From contig NC_007484.1 in the NCBI RefSeq assembly GCF_000012805.1, positions 1,080,001 to 1,112,000 on the forward strand: DNA of 32,000 bases, in the 5' to 3' direction. The DNA comes from Nitrosococcus oceani ATCC 19707. Its GTDB lineage: Bacteria > Pseudomonadota > Gammaproteobacteria > Nitrosococcales > Nitrosococcaceae. The position numbers and the translations under genes were made by a program. Under the pieces are notes generated by a model. The model searched no databases, had not been told where the DNA came from, and was given only the letters and a program-made list of their open reading frames with translations. Below, piece by piece: positions 18,727-27,535 of the stretch (positions within the stretch are counted from its first letter, which is position 1; each line of letters starts with the position of its first letter).

Positions 18727-19926
18727 CTACGGATCGGTTTGTGCCCGTTTTCCAAGCAGGGCGTAGATGACTCGGTACATTCGCCATAGATCCGGTAGTT
18801 CCTCAGTCCAGAAGGCACGGGTAAAGAGGCTTTGAAAGTTAAAGTCTACGTGGGTGAGCACCTGTTCTATTAAGTACACCTTCGTTTGCTTGGGAGGCAA
18901 AGCATCGGCTAAGGCGAGGCTTTCAGTATAAGGGATGAGAGGATCGTTCTTACCGTGGATGAGGAAGAGCTGGGCTTGAAGCTGGGTTAAATCTTTATTG
19001 CTTAGGCTAAAGTTTTTGATGAACTGGTGAAGCTCCGCTGGTAGGGTTCGGATGAGGCCGGGGACTTTTTCTGGGTCGGTGTTACTTAAAAGAGTATAGA
19101 CGGCTTTTCCCGCCGGTCCTAAGTGAGGCGCGAGAGAGGCAATCTCCGCATCCGGATTGCGGATCTTAATCTGTATCATCTCTTCTAGGACCATTTGATC
19201 CGTTGAATTGGTAAGGTAGTTAAGGCTGGTTGCCGCAAAGACAAGCTTTCCGTATTCACTGGGATTTGGATAATAAGTGTTGTCTGAAAGATAACCTGTG
19301 GTAAAAAAGCGGATAGTCGTTTCTAAATTATAATAGCCGCCTACTCCAAGAATGAATTGCACCTTGGTACGGGCATCTTCTTCGAGGGCGGCAATGACTC
19401 CTAGACCCACAGAGAAACTGAAGGTCCCGATTCCCAGATGGCCTGGAGGAATCAGCTCAGGACGACTCGCCAGATAGAGAAGGGCATCGGCAATTACCCG
19501 CGGGTGTTCCGGCCTTACTTGGAGATGCCGAAACTCTTTTAACTCTGGAGTGAACACGGCAAAGCGAGCCCGTGCTAAAGTTTTGGCAAAGGCGATTAGG
19601 CGAGAGTCATCTTTGCCACGGGGAACGATACCAGGGATTAATACGATTCCCGCTTGAGGAGGCGCGGAGGCGGGTAGATAAAGCGTTCCACGGTGGATGC
19701 GGTTCCTGATCCTATAGGTGATCTCTTTTTGGTTAGGAGCGGGGGTAGCGGATTTCCAGTGTGAAGGCGTTTCCTGGGCTGCAATGTCTGCCAGTATTAG
19801 TGCTGCATCATAACTTTGCTTAGGAGCGCAGCCGCTGAGTAAAAGTATTAAGGCAGAAGCAATCCAGACATAGCTAATGAATCGCTTTCTGGGGGCGGAG
19901 GTTAAGTAATAAGAATGAATGTTCAC
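18727..19926 (-). CDS. lipoprotein, alpha/beta-hydrolase-like
   Basis: Lipobox LLSGC. Candidate nucleophile S-F-S-V-G. HGKNDPLIP and THVDF are candidate Asp and His regions. GTG start. Ends 3 nt before the next gene. Confidence 0.55.
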   Translation of the reverse strand: MNIHSYYLTSAPRKRFISYVWIASALILLLSGCAPKQSYDAALILADIAAQETPSHWKSATPAPNQKEITYRIRNRIHRGTLYLPASAPPQAGIVLIPGIVPRGKDDSRLIAFAKTLARARFAVFTPELKEFRHLQVRPEHPRVIADALLYLASRPELIPPGHLGIGTFSFSVGLGVIAALEEDARTKVQFILGVGGYYNLETTIRFFTTGYLSDNTYYPNPSEYGKLVFAATSLNYLTNSTDQMVLEEMIQIKIRNPDAEIASLAPHLGPAGKAVYTLLSNTDPEKVPGLIRTLPAELHQFIKNFSLSNKDLTQLQAQLFLIHGKNDPLIPYTESLALADALPPKQTKVYLIEQVLTHVDFNFQSLFTRAFWTEELPDLWRMYRVIYALLGKRAQTDP

Positions 19927-20149
19927 CCCATTGCTTAACTACTGTAGCTGAATCCCGTTTAAGGCGGGAGCGTTAGAGAAATCAGAAGTCATCTTTAAAT
20001 TCTGAATAAGCAACGCACCCTAATCCAAGACTTAACCCGGCATGAGTGGTGTGAAAAAGATAGACTTAATTTGCCCGTCTGGGCGGGTAGTTCTATTTTT
20101 CTTGCCGCCCATGCCGGATCAAGATCCCATCTAAAGTTAGGAAGTTTTC

Positions 20150-20668
20150 TTATAGCGCGGTTATTTTTTTCTCTTTGCTTGGAGTGCTTACCTTGCGTTG
20201 AGTACGTTTAACAGTTTTTTTGGTGCGCTGCTTACGCTCCCATTGCTGCTCCCATTTCTTTTCAAAAACAGCGATAGCATGGGCTTTAGCGGTTGCCTTT
20301 TTTTCAGCTAGGCGCTTTTCTTGTTCTTCAGATTTGATGCGATCACGTTCCGCTTTTTCCTCAGCTTTGAGGTTCGCCTTTGCCTGGCGTAATTCTCCTG
20401 CCGCTTCTCGCTTGGCTTCTTTTGCTTTAGTTAGGGCTTCGCGCGCTCGTTCGGCAGCAGCTATTGTGGTAGCGCGCTTGGTTTCTTTAGCTTTAGTGAC
20501 GGCTTGTGCTGCCCGCTCTTTTGCCTTATCAAGCCGTTCCGCAGCCTTGTCCAGTTTTTTCTGAGCTAGCGTAGTTGCCTTTTCGGCACGGGATATTGCC
20601 TCGCTCACCTGTGGTACTTGTTGGCGTGCGCTCTTAGCTGTTTTCCTTTTCGTCGTCCGTTTTGCCAT
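20150..20668 (-). CDS. basic K/A/E/R-rich coiled-coil protein, paralogue of 8414-8986
   Basis: Start trimmed to ATG 20668 (MAKRTTKRKTAKSARQQ...). Shares KKLDKAAERLDKAKERA, the KKWEQQWERK motif and a basic tail with the other copy. Confidence 0.6.
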   Translation of the reverse strand: MAKRTTKRKTAKSARQQVPQVSEAISRAEKATTLAQKKLDKAAERLDKAKERAAQAVTKAKETKRATTIAAAERAREALTKAKEAKREAAGELRQAKANLKAEEKAERDRIKSEEQEKRLAEKKATAKAHAIAVFEKKWEQQWERKQRTKKTVKRTQRKVSTPSKEKKITAL

Positions 20669-20792
20669 AATCTTGATTTTGAAGTTTGGATGAAACACAT
20701 TTGCAAGGATAGCGCAGAGAGCAGGTAACTGCCAAATAAAATAAGCGTTAAATTGAGAAATACTTAAATTGTCCTGCTATATAAATTTGTTC

Positions 20793-20820
20793 TTGACATT
20801 AGCGCGTTATTTTACAGAAT
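20793..20820 (+). promoter_or_regulatory. candidate sigma70 promoter (TTGACA - 16 nt - CAGAAT)
   Basis: Perfect -35 hexamer at 20793-20798 and a 4/6 -10 hexamer at 20815-20820, about 43 nt upstream of the methyltransferase ATG. Pattern match only. Confidence 0.3.
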
Positions 20821-20863
20821 GCCTTCCTTCAGCCGTAATATAAAAAATTAATGGAAATAAAAG

Positions 20864-21712
20864 ATGACAGCCAAGGATATTCATCTCCCTTATTTTGATT
20901 TGCTACTGGCGCAACTAGAACAAGAGAATGCAAAATTGGAGCTTGCTTTTGGGCGCCATGTCCACTGGGGCTATTGGAGTGAACCGCCGCAAGGGGTGGT
21001 TTCACCGAAAGATTTTGCCCAGGCAGCGGAGAATCTGAGTAAAGAAATTTACTTTGCGGCCAACACGAAAAATAACCAGCGAATTTTGGATGTGGGCTGT
21101 GGGTTTGGAGGCACTGTTGCAAGCTTAAATGAAAACTTCTCTGGCATGGAGTTGATCGGACTGAATATTGATATTCGGCAATTACTTCGAGCACAAGAAA
21201 AGATAAAGGCCCGTCCGGGCAACGTCATTTACTTTGAAGCAGCTGATGCCTGCGCGTTACCTTTTCCTGATCAATCCTTTGATGTGGTTTTGGCCGTGGA
21301 GTGTATTTTTCACTTTGCCCAAAGAAGTCAGTTTTTCGCAGAGGTATGGCGGGTGCTTAAACCAGGGGGGCGATTTGCGTTTTCTGATTTTGTATCCCAA
21401 GATTTCTTTTCACCGCTGATGGCGTTTAGTTCAGGATGGCCTTTTTCAAGGGGATTTTTTGGTCACTGCAATTTGCAATATACTCTAACGCAATATCGAT
21501 CCTTGGCCCAAGCCATGGGATTTAAAGAGAGAATGGAGAAGGATATTACAGAGAATACGCTGCCTACCTATGCTTTTCTCCGTGCGCTAGGGAAGGAGCT
21601 CAGAATTAAGGATCCTTCCGCCAAGCTTGAAACCTGGATAGCGGAATGGGCAAGCCGTCTTGGTTTGTTGCGCTATAGGGTGTTTTCTTTCGAGAAGTTA
21701 AAATCGGGATAA
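20864..21712 (+). CDS. class I SAM-dependent methyltransferase (small-molecule type)
   Basis: SAM-binding motif I ILDVGCGFGG, followed by LKPGGRFAFSDF, typical of Methyltransf_11/UbiE-like enzymes. Confidence 0.8.
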   Translation: MTAKDIHLPYFDLLLAQLEQENAKLELAFGRHVHWGYWSEPPQGVVSPKDFAQAAENLSKEIYFAANTKNNQRILDVGCGFGGTVASLNENFSGMELIGLNIDIRQLLRAQEKIKARPGNVIYFEAADACALPFPDQSFDVVLAVECIFHFAQRSQFFAEVWRVLKPGGRFAFSDFVSQDFFSPLMAFSSGWPFSRGFFGHCNLQYTLTQYRSLAQAMGFKERMEKDITENTLPTYAFLRALGKELRIKDPSAKLETWIAEWASRLGLLRYRVFSFEKLKSG

Positions 21713-21775
21713 GAGTTTTGCAGGAAGAAGTTTTAACTTTTTGTTTTTCTGGCCAGTAGTTGCAAGTGCTCCATT

Positions 21776-23959
21776 TTAACCGTTTGCTAACCGCGCTGAA
21801 AGGTGGGTCAGGCGGGAGGTTACATGAGTCCTTTTGACGGCAATGGCAAGCGCTTTAGGCTGTCCCACAATGACAACCAGTTTTTTGCCCCGGGTAACGC
21901 CAGTGTAGAGCAGATTTTTCTGTAGCATGGTATAGTGCTGGGTGGCTAGGGGAATGACGACTGCGGGGTATTCGGAACCCTGGCTTTTGTGCACCGAGAT
22001 AGCGTAGGCCAAAGCAATTTCGTCAAGCTCGCCTAACTCGTATTCTACCTCTCGGTCATCGATGCTGATATACACGAGACTTTCCTCAATATCTATTCTT
22101 GTTATTTTGCCGATATCTCCATTGAAGACTTCTTTATCATAATTATTGACGGTCTGAATGATCTTATCGCCCAGGGCAAAGGTCCAACCGAACCGGTTGA
22201 TCTTGGGGCTGGCTTGGGCATTGAGTTGCTGTTGCAGAAGCGCATTAAGCGCCTGTGCTCCAAGGCTGCCGCGGTTCATGGGGGTAAGAACTTGAATATC
22301 GCGAATGGGGTCAAAGCCGAAGCGTTTAGGAATCCGCGTGCTTACTAATTCTAGGAGCCTATCCTGGATGGTTTCGGGAGACTCGGTGGGAATAAAATAG
22401 AAATCGCTGAGCGGGGCTGCTTCATGGGTTCTCTCGGGCATTTTTCCTTGATTGATTCGATGGGCATTGACAACGATTTTGGATCTGGCTGCTTGGCGAA
22501 AAACCTCGGTGAGGTGGACAGCGGTGATTTTTTTGGAAGCAATAATATCCGCTAGCACCTGCCCTGGCCCTACCGAAGGTAGCTGATCTCTATCGCCTAT
22601 CAATATGCACGCCGCATGACTGGGGATGGCTTGGAGTAGCTGATTCATCAATCCCACGTCGACCATGGAAACTTCATCAATAATGACAAGATCCGTATGG
22701 AGGGGGTTACCCCTATGATGCTTGAAACCTATGGCATGAGGATTAAATTCAAGCAGACGGTGGATTGTTTTGGCTTCAAAACCGGTCGATTCGGCAAGCC
22801 GTTTTGCTGCCCGCCCGGTGGGTGCCCCAAGGTGTATCTGGATTTGCTTGACCTGAACAATTCGGATAATGCTATTGACGACAGTGGTTTTACCGACCCC
22901 CGGTCCCCCGCTAATGACAATGATTTTGCTGCCGACTGCTTGTGTAACCGCTGCGCGCTGAGAGGGAGAAAGGCGCAATCCCGTTTTCTCTTCCGCCCAG
23001 GGGATTGCCTTATCCGTATTGATTTCTCCCCAAGGGGGACGACCCTGAAGGAGGCGTTGCAAATGTTTGGCGACCCCCGTTTCAGAGCGATAAAGGGGAG
23101 TAAGAAAGAGGCAGGATTTGTCATGAATAACTTCGGCGATGAGTTGCCCTGCGGTGACTTCTTGAGCAATGGCTTGTTCGATAGTAGGAACAGGGATTTC
23201 CAGTAATTTACTAGCTGTTTCCACTAACTTGTCCTGCTCCATCGCGCAGTGTCCTTCGGTCGTAAATTCCTGGAGTACATGACGGACTCCCGCCTGGGCG
23301 CGGATGAGAGAATCGGCGGGGATTCCTAGTCGTTGGGCAATCCTATCGGCGGTTTTAAAGCCGATGCCATGGATATCTAGAGCCAGCCGGTAAGGATTTT
23401 CGCGAACCCGTTCGATAGCGTGATCGCCATAGGTCTTATAAATACGAACCGCCCTGGCGCTGCCTACGCCCTGGGATTGCAGAAACACCATGATAGCGCG
23501 AACCGCTTTTTGTTCTGCCCAGGACTGGATGACTCGCGCTTTGCGCTTGGGGCCGATACCGTCTAATTCGGTGAGGCGCTCGGCTGTATGTTCGATAACT
23601 TCGAAAACCTGCTCACCGAAGGCTTGCACCAGTTTCTTGGCGAAGTGGGGGCCGATTCCCCTGACCATGCCCGAGCCGAGATATTTTTCAATCCCTTCGA
23701 GGGTGCTGGGGGGGATGACTTTCAGATGTTTTGCTTTGAACTGAAGTCCATGGGTGCGGTCGTTAATCCACTCACCGCGACATTCCACATATTCCCCCGG
23801 CGTGACCGTAGCGGTATTGCCAACTACGGTGACGAGATTGTGTTCACCACGTACTTTGATTCGCAGGACGCAGAATCCGGTTTCCTCGCTATGAAAAGTA
23901 ACCCGTTCTATGGTGCCGGCGAGGAACTCAGGCGAGGCTTCTGGGTGGAAAGCGTTCAT
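21776..23959 (-). CDS. recD2: RecD2-like SF1B DNA helicase
   Basis: 727 aa. N-terminal OB/HhH-like region, Walker [10 protein letters not shown], Walker [11 protein letters not shown], and C-terminal [14 protein letters not shown]...[11 protein letters not shown]. Confidence 0.85.
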   Translation of the reverse strand: MNAFHPEASPEFLAGTIERVTFHSEETGFCVLRIKVRGEHNLVTVVGNTATVTPGEYVECRGEWINDRTHGLQFKAKHLKVIPPSTLEGIEKYLGSGMVRGIGPHFAKKLVQAFGEQVFEVIEHTAERLTELDGIGPKRKARVIQSWAEQKAVRAIMVFLQSQGVGSARAVRIYKTYGDHAIERVRENPYRLALDIHGIGFKTADRIAQRLGIPADSLIRAQAGVRHVLQEFTTEGHCAMEQDKLVETASKLLEIPVPTIEQAIAQEVTAGQLIAEVIHDKSCLFLTPLYRSETGVAKHLQRLLQGRPPWGEINTDKAIPWAEEKTGLRLSPSQRAAVTQAVGSKIIVISGGPGVGKTTVVNSIIRIVQVKQIQIHLGAPTGRAAKRLAESTGFEAKTIHRLLEFNPHAIGFKHHRGNPLHTDLVIIDEVSMVDVGLMNQLLQAIPSHAACILIGDRDQLPSVGPGQVLADIIASKKITAVHLTEVFRQAARSKIVVNAHRINQGKMPERTHEAAPLSDFYFIPTESPETIQDRLLELVSTRIPKRFGFDPIRDIQVLTPMNRGSLGAQALNALLQQQLNAQASPKINRFGWTFALGDKIIQTVNNYDKEVFNGDIGKITRIDIEESLVYISIDDREVEYELGELDEIALAYAISVHKSQGSEYPAVVIPLATQHYTMLQKNLLYTGVTRGKKLVVIVGQPKALAIAVKRTHVTSRLTHLSARLANG

Positions 23960-24048
23960 TGGCCTGCTGGGGTGGCCAGAATCCAGTCCATAAGCGTTTG
24001 AAAAAATAATGGTGTTATAAATTTTCCTCTAGCCCGCGCCCCGCTAGC

Positions 24049-24520
24049 TTAGGCGATGATAATTGGGTTTTGAGGTGAATCAAAAAATGCTTTAGCGCTG
24101 CCTATTTCGAGTAACCGGCCTGCGCCTTCTTGCACCCAGAACGAGGACGCATTATCGACGATACGGCGAGCTTAAGCAAGGTTGTGGGTGACCATCAGGA
24201 TGGTGATTTCTTGGCTTAGTTTGATCATTAGATCTTCGATCACTTGGCTAGCGGATAAAAATTGTGCCGGAGCGTTTAATCGATATTCGATCTCTTCCCA
24301 CAGGCCAACTTCTTTCAGTACTTTCTCTTATGTTCAAAACGAATGCATCCCTTGACGCAGTATACCGGAATTAAATCGGCGATCCGGTTTAGCGCGATTA
24401 GAAAAATGATTTTGCCATAGCTAGAGGGCCTGATTAAAGCTATGGCTTCATCTTTTAGGAGAGTGAGGTCTCTCAGAGCGAGTTTAGGGCCATAATAAAC
24501 TGGTAGAAATTAACTTCAAT
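24049..24520 (-). pseudogene. pstB: phosphate ABC transporter ATPase PstB relic
   Basis: Minus-strand translation gives:
- IEVNF / VYYGPKLALRDLTLLKDEAIALIRPSSYGKIIFLIALNRIADLIP, a frameshift plus a degenerate Walker A
- then ...EITILMVTHNLA*ARRIVDNASSF...FDSPQNPIIIA*, with an in-frame TAA where the conserved Q sits.
The LSGGQ signature and Walker B region are deleted. Confidence 0.65.
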
Positions 24521-25330
24521 GAAGGAACAGGTATTTGCAGAAGAAGTAGATTTGAAAGCCCACGGGAAGAGGTTTCCAGATTTTAAGTTTACTAAATTCT
24601 TCTTGATGGGGAGAAGAAAATAAAAAGTAAAGTTTTGCTGGACTCATGGAAGAATAACTTTTTGTAACCAGCACCGAGCGAACCAGTGGGCCGCCCCCAT
24701 TGATAAGCAGGAGGAAAGTAGTGAGCACCGGTGCTGAAGCATAGGCAGTTGAAGACCCGCCGGGTACATTCATAGCGAGATCGTAGGTATGCAGGGAAAG
24801 CGCACGACCTGAATCGCGCCAAGAACCAGGCATTCGATCCACATGGCCACCGGCACTTCGATCCATTCACCCACAGGCTGCCAGACATAAGGCACACATA
24901 GGGGTGAGAGGAAAACCACTAGCGTCGACAAAATACGGGTCAAGGTCTCCTGGGGGCGTACTGGGTTCTGAGGGTTTCAACGACCTGCTTACCCTGCTCA
25001 AAAGTTTGCGGCTCTCTTTTGTCCTTTAAAGACCGGCGAGGACGTTTCCACCGCAGGTGGGATTTTCCTCCCAGCCCTTCGGATAGTGTGGACACTATGA
25101 GCTACTTTCCTCTTTTAATTCACAATCTCTTCTCTCTGGCCATTCGCTTCGGGGCACGGGCATGGGCTTTAAGGAGTGGTTCACCATCCTTGCTCTTGGG
25201 AGCCAGCTCTTCTCCACTCGTCCACTACGCACTTGCTCTTCTCAACCGATAATCCCTCTCTGCTCCTAACGATTAAACCAGCTTACCACCGTCCCCTAGC
25301 TTCGCTCCATAAACCTGCCCAATCTCATCA
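24516..25330 (-). mobile_element. degraded DDE transposase gene, IS630/Tc1-like by motif order
   Basis: Minus-strand fragments in several frames: GLSVEKSKCVVDEWRRAG (HTH-like), DPYFVDASGFPLTP (first-D region), LLLINGGGPLVRS (second-D region, D lost), and LYFLFSSPHQEEFSKLKIWKPL (resembles LPPYSPELNPIE-VW). Multiple stops and frameshifts. No terminal inverted repeats identified. Confidence 0.4.
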
Positions 25331-25699
25331 ATTTTAGGTAGCGGTGAGAACGAAGGCAAGGTAAAATTTAAATAAGAATTTTGCTCAATCGTTGAAGGAA
25401 TATAGGGATGTATGAGGACCCCCAGCGAGCGCGCGAAGTGAAATGGCACATGGAGCGCGAGGGCCACATTAATTGCTTTTCGCCGTGAATTCGCGCTAGC
25501 CTTCCCCCTTTGCCAAGAGCGCGACCTACCGGCGGGAAGCCGGGAAGTGATGCGCCTGGAGGGTGATATCCAACTGAAGGCCTTGCGTGTTAAGTCGTGG
25601 CCAGCCTAAAGCACCCGTTGAAGCGCGAATTTTCCAAACGGATAAAATTTTGTAGGCACAAAACTGAGATCAGTCATGGCGAGACTCCAAATGGAGTGT

Positions 25700-26446
25700 C
25701 TATGCTCGCTGGTACGTGACAAGTAGAGGTTTATGATCGGAAGGGGCAATGTCACCTACAAAAAAATCCACCACATCGCAAGTCATGGGTTGTAGGGGGC
25801 CCCAGTGAAGCACCCAGTCTACGACTTGGGGAGTATGAACATAGGTGGGATAAGCGGGGCGAGTGATCTGGGGGATGCGGCCTAAAGCAGTAAAGCAATC
25901 AGTGAGGCCACCTTCCTGGAGTATTTTTAATGGCGAATAATGATCGTTAAGATCCCCCATGAATAGTAGTGGTGAGGACTGCGTCGCTAGTCGGCGTAGC
26001 ATTTTGATAGTGTTGAGAGCTTGGGCAACACGTACATTGACTCTATCGCTGCGTTCCTGGCGGTTGCCGGGCCAGGTGTAGTGGGCGGTGGCCACCAAGA
26101 GGGGTGGTCCGCCGGTAATCTTAGGTTGTAACCGGACCCAAAAGAGGCGGCGCCACTGCTCTAGAATTCCAATGTCTTCCGCGCCGTATTCGAGCAGATT
26201 GAAAAGCGACTCATTCCAATAAATGTTGCTTTCTCCCTTCCAACCTTCAAAGGAGTCATCCACCCGCTGATGGGTCGGGAGCGCCTGATCCAGTAAACAT
26301 TGGCTTTGGGAGCAGAATTCTTGCGCGCATAGAATGTCCGGCCGATGAAGAGTAATGAATTGTCGCAAGGGTTCTTGCCGCTCCGGCCAGCGTTCATCTT
26401 GCCATAAATTATAGGTGCAGACCACAAAGCGCAAAGAGCTGGACAT
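25700..26446 (-). CDS. endonuclease/exonuclease/phosphatase (EEP) family protein
   Basis: 248 aa. N-terminal VCTYNLW, ILCAQEF, internal GDLND and C-terminal PSDHKPL are the EEP-fold catalytic motifs. GAGGA lies 7 nt upstream of the ATG. Confidence 0.75.
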   Translation of the reverse strand: MSSSLRFVVCTYNLWQDERWPERQEPLRQFITLHRPDILCAQEFCSQSQCLLDQALPTHQRVDDSFEGWKGESNIYWNESLFNLLEYGAEDIGILEQWRRLFWVRLQPKITGGPPLLVATAHYTWPGNRQERSDRVNVRVAQALNTIKMLRRLATQSSPLLFMGDLNDHYSPLKILQEGGLTDCFTALGRIPQITRPAYPTYVHTPQVVDWVLHWGPLQPMTCDVVDFFVGDIAPSDHKPLLVTYQRA

Positions 26447-26496
26447 AGTAATCCTCTATAGCCGGAGTAGAGGTGGAACCTCTTTAGCCCGACCTG

Positions 26497-27486
26497 CTAC
26501 AGATAGTCATTAGCCTGAAACCAGCTAATCGCATCATGAATCGCTTCCTGGGCGGGGCGGGATTGATAACCTAGCAGTTGTTCCGCCTTAGTGCTAGAAA
26601 AAAACATATATTTCTTTGCCATCCGCACGCCATCGACAGTGGTCATGGGTTCTTTGCCGCTGGTCAGGCGGGCCCAGCCTTGGGCAAGATGGGCGATAGG
26701 CAGGACCGCATGAGGGGAAAGCCGGAATCTGGGGGGACGGCGGTGGGTAAGCTGGGCGATTGCTTCTAGAATATCGCGCAGAGTGAGATTTTCTCCTCCA
26801 AGGATATAACGCTCGCCAATGCGGCCTTTTTCAAAGGCCAGGAGATGGCCGGCGGCCACATCATCCACATGGACTACGTTGAGGCCAGTGTTCATATAGG
26901 CGGGCATGCCTCCCGAAGCGGCCATGACAATGACTCTGCCGGTAGGCGTGGGTTTGATATCCCGCGGTCCAATGGGGGTGGAGGGATTCACAATCACGAT
27001 ATTCAGCTTCAGCCGGTGTCCTAGATCCTTGATGGACTCCTCAGCCAAGAATTTAGATCGTTTATAGTGGCCGATCATGGTTTCAAGGCTGGAAGGGGTC
27101 TCCTCATGGGCTGGCGTGCCATCAGGGCTTAATCCCAGCGTGGCGACGCTACTGGTGTAAACAATACGGTTAACGCCGGCTTCCGCCGCAGCGTGCATGA
27201 TATTTTGGGAGCCCTGGACATTAGTGTCATAAAAGTCTTGCGAACGGGGGGCCCATAAGCGGTAATCAGCCGCGACATGAAAAAGGGCTTGGCAGCCATG
27301 GAGCGCTTTTTCTAGGCGCCGTTGATCCTTGAGATCGCCTTCAAAGATTTCTACGGGTAGCCCTTCCAAATTACGCCGATTGCTATTAGAGCGGGCTAAT
27401 ACCCGGACGGTTTCTCCCGCATCGAGTAGTTGTTTGACTACCGCCGAGCCCACGAAGCCGGTTGCACCGGTAACAAAGCTGGTCAT
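26497..27486 (-). CDS. hpnA: NAD-dependent epimerase/dehydratase, hopanoid-associated sugar epimerase (HpnA)-like
   Basis: TGATGFVGSAVV Rossmann motif, YKRSK (YxxxK), and long stretches that match my recollection of the HpnA family (VAADYRLWAP, VNPSTPIGPRDIKPTPTGR, GERYILGGENLTL, VDGVRMAKKYMFFSS). The subfamily call was not verified by search. Confidence 0.7.
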   Translation of the reverse strand: MTSFVTGATGFVGSAVVKQLLDAGETVRVLARSNSNRRNLEGLPVEIFEGDLKDQRRLEKALHGCQALFHVAADYRLWAPRSQDFYDTNVQGSQNIMHAAAEAGVNRIVYTSSVATLGLSPDGTPAHEETPSSLETMIGHYKRSKFLAEESIKDLGHRLKLNIVIVNPSTPIGPRDIKPTPTGRVIVMAASGGMPAYMNTGLNVVHVDDVAAGHLLAFEKGRIGERYILGGENLTLRDILEAIAQLTHRRPPRFRLSPHAVLPIAHLAQGWARLTSGKEPMTTVDGVRMAKKYMFFSSTKAEQLLGYQSRPAQEAIHDAISWFQANDYL

Positions 27487-27535
27487 GGTCCTTGTTTCCT
27501 CGTGGGTAGTCGAAGTAGAGTTTGAAGCAGCATAG

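Noticed and set aside
20220-20564. 114-aa plus-strand ORF antisense to the coiled-coil gene
   Set aside because: It is the mirror image of a low-complexity K/A/E-rich gene (the translation is A/S/R/F-rich). It has no Shine-Dalgarno and is a typical shadow ORF.
20864-23959. Methyltransferase plus helicase as a restriction-modification or defence module
   Set aside because: The methyltransferase has small-molecule (UbiE/Methyltransf_11-like) motifs and no DNA-methylase DPPY/NPPY or target-recognition features. The genes are convergent, not co-transcribed.
22351-24001. ORFs 22351-22542, 22697-23206, 22729-23169, 23490-23744 and 23588-24001 inside or antisense to recD2
   Set aside because: All are nested in a helicase gene with complete motifs. 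Their translations are compositionally odd and carry no motifs.
24592-25467. ORFs 24592-24897, 25019-25252 and 25273-25467 in the decayed region as real genes
   Set aside because: They overlap or lie antisense to transposase fragments, lack start signals, and have no recognisable family.
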